From a virus, in IMG/VR virus record IMGVR_UViG_3300011113_000581, positions 1 through 64,000 of that record: a DNA stretch of 64,000 bases; one strand, 5' to 3'. The notes beneath the pieces were generated by a model, which saw only the letters and a program-made list of their open reading frames with translations, made no database searches and had not been told where the DNA came from. Shown piece by piece: positions 18,989-29,051 of the stretch. The stretch's first letter is position 1, and each line of letters begins with the position of its first letter. The position numbers and the translations under genes are program-made.

Positions 18989-20305
18989 TTACACAGCCAC
19001 CAACTCCCCGGCACTTCCTTTACGTTTCTTTCCTTTCTTACTCTTCTTCTCAAATGCGACAGGTGATACCGCCTGGGGGGTGTCATCAAACGTACCCTCC
19101 AGCACCTCCTGAAACACCTTGTGAAACTCAGCAGCCACCGTTCCCCATTCAAAGCACACGTCCGTAACCCGCTGATAGCAGAGATCTCCAACCCTCTTCA
19201 ACCTCTCCCGATCCTGGTACAGACCGTCCAGAAGCTCTGCCAGGTGGTCATCAGAGGGGCAGGGCATCTCTCGTGCGTAGTTCACGTCCACGTTGATGTG
19301 ATCGCATCTGATTAGCTCCCCATACCCTTCAAAGATCTCCTTACAAGATGTGTGATCCGGAACAATTTGAGCAACTTTGCAACCGGCATGTTCAAAATTA
19401 CAAAGTCCCCAACCTTCTCCAGTAGCAGTGTTGACCCCAACGTCACATGCGTTGTAGATTGTATTAAGCATTTCGACAGAAACAGAAGGAGGATTAGGCC
19501 CCGGTGCCGTCATGATGATCCTTCCGTTTGGATCTAAACCCTGCTTTACCATTTCTCTACCAAACAGTTCAAGAATATCCCACCCTTGGTCCTTAAGACC
19601 CATGTGAAGATAGAGTTTTACGTCAGGCTTACCAACGGCAAACTTTGCAAAACCTGAGATCGTAATGTCAATCCTTTTTCTTGGCTGGTTCCTGTTCCCG
19701 TTAAACACAATAAAATCATCGGGTTGAAGATTAAGTGCTTTACGCGCCTCTTGTTTATCCATAGGATAAAATTGACCCGCAGTAAGTCCGTGTGGAATAA
19801 CGCTTATCGGTTTGCGCACACCACCCTTGATAAATTCGTACGCACCAAACTCTGTGTATGAGACAAGTGCGTCCCAATCATTGGCCGTATCCGAAATAGC
19901 ACCAATCCAGTTGTAGCTATCCATAGGGCAGTACCCCACAAACTTAAATTTCCCAGCTTTGTGTAGATCTTGGATGCGCCTGTACTGCTCGTTAACAATC
20001 CAAATATCATTCATTGTAAAAACAATATCCGGATTTTCACGTTCTACAATCTCTCGAATTCGATCTTCTCCAAACGGAGCCTGTTGAAACCGGTTTGTAG
20101 CCGGGTACATTTTGTATTCAGACTGCAAAGCATCTGGATCTCCGTGCCAGTTGCACCCGAGCACTACAATTTCATATTCATCTTTTAAACGCTCAAGTAC
20201 ATTTTCAGTAACACGAGCAAAACCAGTGGTGGCAATAATGTCGCCGATCCAAAGCAGTTTTTGTTTTTGAGGCATGACGATATGCAATCTTTCTGTACTA
20301 TACAA
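18989..20305 (-). CDS. GT-B (GT4-like) glycosyltransferase
   Basis: TGFARV, NRNQPRKRID, GEGWGLCNFE (EX7E); probable start MPQKQK at 20276. Confidence 0.9.
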   Translation of the reverse strand: MYSTERLHIVMPQKQKLLWIGDIIATTGFARVTENVLERLKDEYEIVVLGCNWHGDPDALQSEYKMYPATNRFQQAPFGEDRIREIVERENPDIVFTMNDIWIVNEQYRRIQDLHKAGKFKFVGYCPMDSYNWIGAISDTANDWDALVSYTEFGAYEFIKGGVRKPISVIPHGLTAGQFYPMDKQEARKALNLQPDDFIVFNGNRNQPRKRIDITISGFAKFAVGKPDVKLYLHMGLKDQGWDILELFGREMVKQGLDPNGRIIMTAPGPNPPSVSVEMLNTIYNACDVGVNTATGEGWGLCNFEHAGCKVAQIVPDHTSCKEIFEGYGELIRCDHINVDVNYAREMPCPSDDHLAELLDGLYQDRERLKRVGDLCYQRVTDVCFEWGTVAAEFHKVFQEVLEGTFDDTPQAVSPVAFEKKSKKGKKRKGSAGELVAV

Positions 20306-20320
20306 AATTAAACAGCTTTG

Positions 20321-20773
20321 TTAAGTCTTTTGTAAATATTGAGAGGCAGTTAACAGATACATAGCGTTGTCTTGAAACAGTCCCAAACCTCGGTTGCAGT
20401 TTGAACATAAAATTCCTCTTACTTTTCCCGTCTTATGGCAATGATCAACATCCCACTCTCTGCCTCTTGTATTAATTTTACTTTTGCAGATAGCGCAACA
20501 GTATCCTTGTGTCACAAATAATGCATTTTTTTCTTGTGTAGTTATTCCGAATTTTCTTTTTGTTTTTGTATTTTTAACTTTATCTTTATTGTTTAAATAC
20601 CAGTTTTTGTTTGTTTTTTTAACTTTTTCTTTATTGGTCGTGTAATAATTTCTGTTACGTTGAGAACAACACTCTTTACATTTGCTTCTTAAACCGTTGC
20701 CGTTCTTGTAAAAATTTGTTTTTGCTAACTTTTTTTTACATCCTGAGCAGGTTTTTAGCTCTAAAATACTCAT
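20321..20773 (-). CDS. Endonuclease VII-like HNH endonuclease
   Basis: CAIC...VDHCHKTGKVRGILCSNCNRGLG. Confidence 0.9.
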   Translation of the reverse strand: MSILELKTCSGCKKKLAKTNFYKNGNGLRSKCKECCSQRNRNYYTTNKEKVKKTNKNWYLNNKDKVKNTKTKRKFGITTQEKNALFVTQGYCCAICKSKINTRGREWDVDHCHKTGKVRGILCSNCNRGLGLFQDNAMYLLTASQYLQKT

Positions 20774-20872
20774 GTGACCATCTGGTTGGTTGCCGTGGGC
20801 AGGGAGTTGGCGCTCCGCTGCCCTTATATTTTACCAGTTTTAACAGGAAAATCGGAACTTATCCGAGTATAC

Positions 20873-21265
20873 CTAACTATTCAAACATGTTGACCTAAGT
20901 AATTCCCGTTCTACCGCAGTCTTCGCCTGTAACTTCTCTTTCCAATATTCGACAGCTCTCCTTGTATTCATATTCTCTCCGCAGGTATACACATCTAACG
21001 CCGCATACTCTTCCTGGGGCCAGGTATGAATAGACGCATGAGACTCAGCCAGTAGTGCCAATAGCGTCACACCTTGCGGTTCAAACTTATGGCCAGCTAA
21101 ATTCAACATGTGTGCATTAGCCAAACTCATGGCATCACACATAACCTCATACAAGTAGTCATAGTCATCCAAGACGTACGGATCACAGCCGTACAAATCA
21201 AGGATGACATGATGCCCCTGGTTACCCATCAAACATATTTTCGTCAATATCTTCCATTCTCGCAT
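20873..21265 (-). CDS. speD: S-adenosylmethionine decarboxylase proenzyme family
   Basis: HKFEPQGVT...LAESHASIHTWP...DVYTCG; probable start near 21229. Confidence 0.9.
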   Translation of the reverse strand: MREWKILTKICLMGNQGHHVILDLYGCDPYVLDDYDYLYEVMCDAMSLANAHMLNLAGHKFEPQGVTLLALLAESHASIHTWPQEEYAALDVYTCGENMNTRRAVEYWKEKLQAKTAVERELLRSTCLNS

Positions 21266-23849
21266 TAGGATCCGCTTTTATCTTCACTCCATAATCCAAT
21301 TCAAATTTATCCGGGTTGGCAGCCACCGTTACAGCACTTGGATAGTTCTCATACTTTGGATCTGAATCCCTTACTACCACATTGAATACCCTCATTCCTT
21401 TCGTATTCCGTTTGCTGTAAACATTCAGATTCAACTGATGCCTACAAATATCAAGGAACAGTGGCTCAAATCGGTTTCTTGACATGACGTTCACATTACA
21501 CTGTTTACAGAACTCTGCGTAACTGGCATACAACCACTTATCTTGATTTGTATACAGATGTGAACTCCCCTGTGGCGCAGGCTTCACAAACCCAACAGCA
21601 GCCGACACCCCTGGTTCGTAAACAACCCTATGTTCCATCCAATCCAGGATTGAGTTAGAACGCAGGTTTTGTGTATGCGAATACTTCTTAAAGAACTCCA
21701 CTTTTTGGTTGGTTTCCATCAGATACTCCCGCATTTCCGCTTCGGTCATATCCAATAACCAGTTCACCAACCCTGGCAACAGAGCAGCAAATTCACCTTG
21801 CGGTTCACCCTTAGTGTTGAACTTAATCAAATCACGCTGCTCCCTGGAACTACCAGTAAATGGACGATCGAATGGAACAGTAAGCCTCCGTCGTGCCAGA
21901 CCAGATGTGTAATCAGTTGACTGGATGGCCTCATTAGCTGTAACAATTACCAACCCCTTGAACTGAAAGGGTTCATAATTCTCGTTCTGATACTTACGTT
22001 CTGCACGAATCCAGTCGTTACCCGTAATCGCTTTTAACCTAGAGACCGAACCACCCCACCTATCCGCATCCTGGAACAACAGTAGTTTTTTACCCATGTA
22101 ACTAGCTGCTTCAAAACGGTTCTTCTCCAGATTCTCAAAGTCTGTCGAGTACACGTTCTTCTTTCCAACCAGTGCTACAGCCAAGTTTGCATAAGTAGAC
22201 TTACCTGATTTTCCCGGACCGACAATCTCAATAAACTTCTGGATTTCATAGGTACTCAATAGTGTGGCTCTTAACCAAGCCCTTAGTACTTGAGTCCTTT
22301 GCCAGTTATCAAACTGTGTATGCTTCAGCCACTTAACGATTGGTTCACAAGTAGCTGCAGGGTTATAGGCATACGGAATCTGCTGGGTCAAATAAAGATC
22401 CCTTCTAAATGGAAGAAGTTCTCTCGTTTCAACATCCAACACCCCATTAGTAAACAACAGATACCTATTCCCTTCATACCAATCTTTCATACACAGAACC
22501 GCCTGGAGCTGCTCATGTATGTCGTTTAGCATCCGCGCAGTAAACCCTTTTGGCAACAAGCTTTTTATTCCAGGACTTTGTAACTTGTCACGAATATCTC
22601 CAATCATTTCCACTTTCATAATTGGAGACCAAAGACCAGCACGTTCCCTTTGATACATAAAGAACTGGCCGTGTGGGATGCTATACCTCAGATCCCCTTT
22701 ATAACTACTTAACAAAAGATCAGAAATTTCACTAGCTGATTTATTTTCTGTTTTACTATCTTTCTCATTTTCTTCTCTACCTTTTATCCGTTTTTGCTGT
22801 TTAGTTTCTTTTACCTCTTTTACTGCAGGCTCCATATTGGATTCAACTTCCTCTAAAACTTTGGTGATACGATCAAGCATGTCATCAGACACATTAAGTG
22901 CCGCAGGGTGTTCTTCTTTGGGTTGCCAGCCAGTCTCTTTAGCAATGTGGATAAGAGAGCCAATACCCCTGCCACCACCTTTTGAAAAAGACTTCCATCT
23001 CCTCTGGCACTCGCCAGGTTTGTACTTATCACTCTGCTTGGACCAATCATCCCAAACATCAAGGAGTGATTCATCAAGTGAATGAAGTGCTTGCCCTGCT
23101 GTAATCCAGATGTCATAATCATCTGCTGCCTCTGGAGGCATTGCCCAAGTAGCTTCAATTGCTAATTGAATGTCCCTCTCCAACGAGATCCGAGTATTAA
23201 TAGCGAACCCTGGACCTACAACACGACCATTCTCTTCTGCTGGTAAACCTTGCTTTTCGTTCTTACTCTTAATCCCTTCCAGAATCCAGGATGGCAGTTC
23301 AGGAATCCTGGAACACCACTCAAAACCCAACCCTTCTGGCGTAAAGTAACCATCAGTCTGCGGGTGAGAACCCATCAACACCCCCTGGTGCCGCTTCCAA
23401 AGGATCTCTAATTTTTCTTTTTCTTTTTCTGCATGCCAGACGTACTTATTACGGACAACATGAACCCAATCTTTTTGTAGCAATTTATACAGTCGGCGTT
23501 CCCTACCTTCCTTACCGCTACAAATTGTTAGGGTCGGCGGGAGTGCTTGTTCAAACACATAGCCCGACACTTCTTCAACTAACTGATAAACACTCGGTCC
23601 ATCTACGTCAACCCAAATAAAACCATAAGGATTGTTGTAGCAAGGACCACCAATCAAACCAACTGCATGGCAATTACCGCCTTCAATTTCTGCAGCAATT
23701 TCTTCTTTGGTTTGTGGTTTATTCTGCCACCCAGTCAGATATGGATTTTTATTTTCACCCAACGGAGTAAGGGGCCATTCCATTGGCACCCAATCCAAAT
23801 TAATTTCCCCAGGTAGTAACTTCATACTATTAGCGTTAGTCATACGCAT
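21222..23849 (-). CDS. Primase-polymerase/PriCT-2/SF3 (D5-like) helicase
   Basis: N-terminal K.P...W...DVD; YDIWITAGQALH...WDDWS..SDKY; Walker A GPGKSGKST. Confidence 0.9.
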   Translation of the reverse strand: MRMTNANSMKLLPGEINLDWVPMEWPLTPLGENKNPYLTGWQNKPQTKEEIAAEIEGGNCHAVGLIGGPCYNNPYGFIWVDVDGPSVYQLVEEVSGYVFEQALPPTLTICSGKEGRERRLYKLLQKDWVHVVRNKYVWHAEKEKEKLEILWKRHQGVLMGSHPQTDGYFTPEGLGFEWCSRIPELPSWILEGIKSKNEKQGLPAEENGRVVGPGFAINTRISLERDIQLAIEATWAMPPEAADDYDIWITAGQALHSLDESLLDVWDDWSKQSDKYKPGECQRRWKSFSKGGGRGIGSLIHIAKETGWQPKEEHPAALNVSDDMLDRITKVLEEVESNMEPAVKEVKETKQQKRIKGREENEKDSKTENKSASEISDLLLSSYKGDLRYSIPHGQFFMYQRERAGLWSPIMKVEMIGDIRDKLQSPGIKSLLPKGFTARMLNDIHEQLQAVLCMKDWYEGNRYLLFTNGVLDVETRELLPFRRDLYLTQQIPYAYNPAATCEPIVKWLKHTQFDNWQRTQVLRAWLRATLLSTYEIQKFIEIVGPGKSGKSTYANLAVALVGKKNVYSTDFENLEKNRFEAASYMGKKLLLFQDADRWGGSVSRLKAITGNDWIRAERKYQNENYEPFQFKGLVIVTANEAIQSTDYTSGLARRRLTVPFDRPFTGSSREQRDLIKFNTKGEPQGEFAALLPGLVNWLLDMTEAEMREYLMETNQKVEFFKKYSHTQNLRSNSILDWMEHRVVYEPGVSAAVGFVKPAPQGSSHLYTNQDKWLYASYAEFCKQCNVNVMSRNRFEPLFLDICRHQLNLNVYSKRNTKGMRVFNVVVRDSDPKYENYPSAVTVAANPDKFELDYGVKIKADPNARMEDIDENMFDG

Positions 23850-24028
23850 GCCTCCTGGGAAGTAACTTGTACTTTAAAATCTTTCCCTTGAAACTGTGTT
23901 TCTTTTAATAGATTGAAAGCATGGAGGTGCATTTCAGTCGGGAGAAGAAAACAATCTCCTTCCATCGCATTATTCATGCGAAGACAAAGGGATTGCATCC
24001 ACTCCCCAGTTGCAACATGGATGTTCAT
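23840..24028 (-). CDS. Hypothetical protein
   Basis: 62-aa ORF in operon. Confidence 0.5.
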   Translation of the reverse strand: MNIHVATGEWMQSLCLRMNNAMEGDCFLLPTEMHLHAFNLLKETQFQGKDFKVQVTSQEACV

Positions 24029-24032
24029 TTTT

Positions 24033-24476
24033 TTAAAAGTTTTTGTTTAAATACTGAATTGCTTGAAATAAAATTTCATCATTATCTTTAAAAAACCCAA
24101 GACCCCGGTTGCAGTTTAAACACAATAAACCTCTTATTTCACCTGTTGTGTGACAATGGTCTACTGCAAATCTTTTTATGTGACCGCCCCCTGGCACATT
24201 TGTTTTACAGATTGCACATTTATTGTCTTGTTTTTTTAATTGTTTATTATATTCAACAAGTGAAAAATTATAACGTTTTTTAAGTTGCGCATTGGTTTGT
24301 GTTTTTAAATATTTTTCTTTATTTTTAATACGATATTCTTTTGATTCTTTAGCTGCACATTTTTTACATTCTGATCTATGTTTTTTATCTCTACTATGAA
24401 AACCGTATTCATTAAGATTTTTTTCTTGCCCGCAAAGACGACAAATTTTTAGCAGACCGACATCGGCTGTTTCCAT
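24033..24476 (-). CDS. Endonuclease VII-like HNH endonuclease
   Basis: CAIC...VDHCHTTGEIRGLLCLNCNRGLG. Confidence 0.9.
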   Translation of the reverse strand: METADVGLLKICRLCGQEKNLNEYGFHSRDKKHRSECKKCAAKESKEYRIKNKEKYLKTQTNAQLKKRYNFSLVEYNKQLKKQDNKCAICKTNVPGGGHIKRFAVDHCHTTGEIRGLLCLNCNRGLGFFKDNDEILFQAIQYLNKNF

Positions 24477-24585
24477 GGGGCGGATTTGTTTTCAGTCTCT
24501 TTATCCTACGTCTCCCAACCTTATGGGAACCTTATAACTTAACTAAGATCAGCAAGTCTTATTAGACTCAATTCTGGATGAGGAT

Positions 24586-24903
24586 TCAACTGCCAGTTGT
24601 ATTTTCATTTGTTTCTCCTCTTCCGTTAAGTTTTTCCACTTCTGCTTCAGCCTCTGCAACCCATTTGGCAACGAGTCGCATTTCTCCTCCGAGCAACCGT
24701 GACTCTCCTGTTTGCAATTCATTGTCAACTTCCTTCTCCTGGTAGATCGGTTCAAATCTTTCCTTTCGTTCTTGCTCTGATTCCCACTGGTTCTCAAGTT
24801 CGATCATCTTGAGACGAGCCGTTAGTTTGGCTTCAAACCAAACTTTCTTCCACCATTTAATTACTTCTTTCCAAATCTCAAACCAGATCTGGGTCATAAT
24901 CAT
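24586..24903 (-). CDS. Hypothetical protein
   Basis: 105-aa ORF coupled to the exonuclease. Confidence 0.55.
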   Translation of the reverse strand: MIMTQIWFEIWKEVIKWWKKVWFEAKLTARLKMIELENQWESEQERKERFEPIYQEKEVDNELQTGESRLLGGEMRLVAKWVAEAEAEVEKLNGRGETNENTTGS

Positions 24904-25729
24904 CTACCTCTTTAATTTGATCATAGTATTCTTTTACTACCTTCAACCACTTTTCCCTCATAATATTGAGATGATTCCTGGTGATAATGAAGAGTTGCGT
25001 ACGTTCTTCCGTTGCGACCAAAATGGCCCCCTGCTGGACCTTCATCCCCAACGTTTGTTCAATCCCAAGGTCATATGCACCCAATTGAAGACAACACTTA
25101 TTAAATTTCATATATCCGCCCAGCCCTTGTCTCCATTCAGGCGAACCTTTCTCCAGATGTTTAGGCCATCGCCTGTGGTACGGACCAGTCGAAGTTTTTA
25201 GATCTGCTAACGTCAGTTTATTTCCAGCCACTCCAATAATATCTGGTGATCCAGCCCATGCTCTTCCGTCATCATCACAACCCCACACCCTACCAACACC
25301 ATCATCTGATAATGCAAACTTATGTTTTTCCCACAGCGGCGTCTCAGCCCAGATAACTTCCTGGAACTGATCCAACATTGGTGGCATCCCATCCCAAAAC
25401 TTTGCATACTCCTCTGGTACAGAGAATTCTTCCCGCTTGAGGTAGTGCTCCATACAAGAGTGAATTGAAGTACCACGCTCTGCAGCCGCTTCTTTTACCC
25501 CTGGATTATTTTTAGCCCACATCTCCAACTTTTTCTTGTTGGCTTCTGATGCAGTTTGTCCAATAATGGTCGTAACCGATGGTGCTGGACCAGTTAGGAA
25601 AGGAGTATGATAATGGCGCTTACCATTTATTTCTACTCGCGCAGGCTTAGCGTTTAACTCTTCAAGAAGCTCAGGTTCTTCAACGTAACGCTGGTACCAA
25701 GGTTCGGTCGGAATATCAGCTACAACCAT
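24878..25729 (-). CDS. PD-(D/E)XK exonuclease (phage RecB/Cas4-like superfamily)
   Basis: PSVTTII, RGTSIH, AGSPD...ADLKTS, QLGAY. Confidence 0.85.
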   Translation of the reverse strand: MVVADIPTEPWYQRYVEEPELLEELNAKPARVEINGKRHYHTPFLTGPAPSVTTIIGQTASEANKKKLEMWAKNNPGVKEAAAERGTSIHSCMEHYLKREEFSVPEEYAKFWDGMPPMLDQFQEVIWAETPLWEKHKFALSDDGVGRVWGCDDDGRAWAGSPDIIGVAGNKLTLADLKTSTGPYHRRWPKHLEKGSPEWRQGLGGYMKFNKCCLQLGAYDLGIEQTLGMKVQQGAILVATEERTQLFIITRNHLNIMREKWLKVVKEYYDQIKEVDDYDPDLV

Positions 25730-25961
25730 GAAAGATTGTGTGTATTCCTTACATTCTAATTCTTTTTTAAAATTTTGCGCTACGCTATAGGCACTGGGAC
25801 TCCAGAAAAATGACCACCAATTTTACCCGTTTTTACTACGAGGACTTAACAGATGAGCCCCCTCGTCTAGATCAAGTGTTTGAAGATATTGACAAAGAAG
25901 AGGCAGATGCACACGAAGCAATGCTCATCAACCAAAAAATTGATTACATTCGTATTGAATT

Positions 25962-26807
25962 GTGATGGCTACTGTTGCAGTCCTTGCTCTTTGGCGTGAT
26001 TCCGAATCCTATCTCAAGTATTCCCTTGCACAATTTGATGCAATGGAAGAAGCCCTCCTGGAGAAAGGAATCAATACTATTTACGCATTTTTTGAAAATG
26101 ATTCAACGGACAAAACTCCTCAACTCCTCCAATCCTGGCTGCAAGACCGAATGGGTTTTGTAATTTCAGAGCATATTGGCGCACCCAAATGGGGAAGTGT
26201 TGCCTCCCTGGAGCGTGTTCGTTACCAAGCTAGGTACCGAAACATGGCACTTCAACTTGTAACCAATTATTACAACTTTGATTATCTCTTGGTTGCAGAC
26301 AGTGATGTGCAATGGGAACCGTCTCTCATCACTGGAATGATTGAACACCTGGATTCGAATGAAAACTGGGGGATGGTCTCACCTAATACCACGCAAAATG
26401 TGCGTGATTTCATTGAGGATACAGATCGTCCCTCCTACTTTGACAGTTGGTCCCTCCTTGATTCCCATGGGACACAGTGTATGACATTTGCTGCCAACCC
26501 ATTTCTTACCAAAGAAGATCGCGACTTGTGGGATCAAGGCAAACCAGTTGCTTGCAATAGTGCATTTGGTTCTATTGCCATGGTTAAAGCAGAAGCTCTT
26601 GATGAAGTGGACTGGTCGGTCATCGACGGCGTGGAGCATTGGGAATTTTGTAAGGGTATCCGTTTGAATGGCTACCTTGTCATTGCAGACCCCACCCTCC
26701 ATGCCAAAGTAACCCACAAAAAAGAGGTGGTTCCCCACCCCGATGTAGTACGAAGGCACCAGGAAAGGCTCTCAAGTAGCCTCATGGCAACATTCGTCAG
26801 ACGTTAA
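25962..26807 (+). CDS. GT-A fold glycosyltransferase
   Basis: FENDSTD, RYQARYRN, VADSD (DxD), SAFG, EHWEF. Confidence 0.8.
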   Translation: MMATVAVLALWRDSESYLKYSLAQFDAMEEALLEKGINTIYAFFENDSTDKTPQLLQSWLQDRMGFVISEHIGAPKWGSVASLERVRYQARYRNMALQLVTNYYNFDYLLVADSDVQWEPSLITGMIEHLDSNENWGMVSPNTTQNVRDFIEDTDRPSYFDSWSLLDSHGTQCMTFAANPFLTKEDRDLWDQGKPVACNSAFGSIAMVKAEALDEVDWSVIDGVEHWEFCKGIRLNGYLVIADPTLHAKVTHKKEVVPHPDVVRRHQERLSSSLMATFVRR

Positions 26808-27828
26808 CTTGCCGAAGATCGTGGTCAACCATTTCAAACACCAACTCATCCAACGAAATTTCTGGCACCCAACCAAGCAATTCTTCTGCTTGTTTTGAAT
26901 CCCCAAGGAGTGTATCTACTTCTGCTGGACGATAGTACTCAGGATTAATCTTAATTACTTCTTTACCCAGTCGATAACAGTACCCAACTTCATCAACACC
27001 TTTTCCTCGCCAACTCAGATCAAGACCCGCAGCTTTAAACGCTTTCTCACAAAAGGAACGAACACTAGTCTGAATCCCAGTTGCCACAACGTAATCCAAC
27101 GGTCCCTCTTCCCTCTGGAGCATGAGGTACATTGCTCTCACATAGTCTTTTGCATGACCCCAATCCCTACGTGCATCTAAATTTCCCAACTCAATCCAAT
27201 CCCTGGTACCAGACCAAACATCTGCTACACCCTTTGTAATCTTCCGAGTAACAAACTCTTCCCCCCTAATCGGAGACTCGTGATTAAAGAGGATGCCATT
27301 ACATCCGAACAATCCGTAGCTCTCTCGATAATTGACCGTCAACCAATACCCAAATAACTTGGCGACACCATATGGACTACGCGGATGGAAGTACGTCCCC
27401 TCATTCTGTGGCACTTCTCTTACCTTACCAAACATCTCCGATGTCGACGCCTGGTAAAACTTAGGCATGTGTTTTGTATTACGACATGCTTCCAAAATAT
27501 TGAGAACGCCAAGTGCATTGATGTGTGCCGTACTACCTGGAGACTTAAAGCTGACACCAACATGACTCTGGGCCGCCAAATTGTACACCTCATCTGGACC
27601 AAAAGAATCCACAAGCCGATGCATTGATGTTGCATCAGTCATATCCGAATATTCAAACTGCACTTCCTGTGGGATAGACCCATCAAAGATCCATTTCAAT
27701 TTATTCAATTTGCCTGGATTTGCATTATTCCTAACCAACCCCATCACCTGGTAGCCTTCATCCACCAACAACTTGGTTAAATAAGCACCATCTTGGCCAG
27801 TAATTCCTGTCACCAAAGCTTTTTTCAT
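26797..27828 (-). CDS. gmd: GDP-mannose 4,6-dehydratase
   Basis: TGITGQDGAYL, NLAAQSHV, QASTSE, SPYGVAK, FNHESP, RDWGHA, YRPAEVD. Confidence 0.97.
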   Translation of the reverse strand: MKKALVTGITGQDGAYLTKLLVDEGYQVMGLVRNNANPGKLNKLKWIFDGSIPQEVQFEYSDMTDATSMHRLVDSFGPDEVYNLAAQSHVGVSFKSPGSTAHINALGVLNILEACRNTKHMPKFYQASTSEMFGKVREVPQNEGTYFHPRSPYGVAKLFGYWLTVNYRESYGLFGCNGILFNHESPIRGEEFVTRKITKGVADVWSGTRDWIELGNLDARRDWGHAKDYVRAMYLMLQREEGPLDYVVATGIQTSVRSFCEKAFKAAGLDLSWRGKGVDEVGYCYRLGKEVIKINPEYYRPAEVDTLLGDSKQAEELLGWVPEISLDELVFEMVDHDLRQVNV

Positions 27829-27878
27829 TGGAATTATTCCTTATACTGGCAGTATAACGAATGAAAAAGGTTTGAGGA

Positions 27879-29051
27879 ATGACCAAATTTAATTGGCCCC
27901 TCCAAAAAAACACTATTGGTTTTGACGAGAAGTTTGCACTAATCAAATTTATTCTTACCTCTAGCCGTTTTACCAACGGTCCTAAGTGCCGTCAATTTGA
28001 AGAAGCCTGGTCCAAATGGCAAGGACGTAAATATTCCTTGTTTGTCAGCAGTGGCACAACAGCCAACACCCTCCTCCTGGATGCAGTACGCGATTTGTAT
28101 TTTGGTAAGAAACGCAAATTAAAAATCTTGTGCCCTGCCGTCAACTGGGCAACCAACATCTCAACGTTTAAGCAGCAAGGTCACGATATTTTCTTTTATG
28201 ACATTGATTACACCAACTACTCACCTACCTATTCTTCTCTCAAAAGATACCATGATGTAGGCATTGAACCAGATGTTGTGTACGTAACACACATCATGGG
28301 GTTTGCCAATGAACTAGCTAACGTCAAAAAGTTCTGGCCCGATGCCATCATCCTGGAAGACTGCTGTGAATCCCATGGAGCAGAGAATAGCAATTTTAAA
28401 AAAGTAGGTAATGAAGGATTAGGTTCAACTTTCTCCTTTTACTTTGGTCATCATATGACAACAATTGAAGGAGGCATGGTCTGTACAGATGACCAGGATC
28501 TTTACAATCTAATGAGAGCCAAACGATCTCATGGCATGTCTCGTGAGATGCTTGGTAACTACCGTGACCTGGAGGAACGCCTAGCACCCGACATTGATCC
28601 GTCCTTCCTCTTCCCAACCGAAGGATACAACTTCCGCAACACTGAGATTGGAGCTGTCCTTGGCCTGGTTCAACTTAAAAAACTCGATTTATTTATCCAG
28701 AAAAGACAAGATAACTACACGCTTTTCTTGGATTGTTTAGTTGGCCATCCCTGGATTAAATCTTTACCTTCTCCTATTGGCAACAGTGCAATGACACTTC
28801 CATTCCATTGCAAGTCACCTGAAACAAAACAAATTCTTAAAAGCAGGCTCAAAGAGATGGGTGTAGAAACACGTCCGTTTCTTGTTGGTAATCTACTCAG
28901 ACAGCCTTTTATGTCTGACTACAAACAACAACCATACTTACCCAACAGTGAAGAAATTCACACCCATGCTTTCTACATTGGTAACAACCATTTTGTAAAT
29001 CAATTTCAAATTCTTTCTCTTAGCGAGGAGCTTTACAAATGCGTTTCTTGA
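27879..29051 (+). CDS. DegT/DnrJ-fold PLP enzyme, ColD-type 3-dehydratase candidate
   Basis: EDCCESHG; FSFYFGHHMTTIEGG has His where aminotransferases have the Schiff-base Lys. Confidence 0.8.
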   Translation: MTKFNWPLQKNTIGFDEKFALIKFILTSSRFTNGPKCRQFEEAWSKWQGRKYSLFVSSGTTANTLLLDAVRDLYFGKKRKLKILCPAVNWATNISTFKQQGHDIFFYDIDYTNYSPTYSSLKRYHDVGIEPDVVYVTHIMGFANELANVKKFWPDAIILEDCCESHGAENSNFKKVGNEGLGSTFSFYFGHHMTTIEGGMVCTDDQDLYNLMRAKRSHGMSREMLGNYRDLEERLAPDIDPSFLFPTEGYNFRNTEIGAVLGLVQLKKLDLFIQKRQDNYTLFLDCLVGHPWIKSLPSPIGNSAMTLPFHCKSPETKQILKSRLKEMGVETRPFLVGNLLRQPFMSDYKQQPYLPNSEEIHTHAFYIGNNHFVNQFQILSLSEELYKCVS

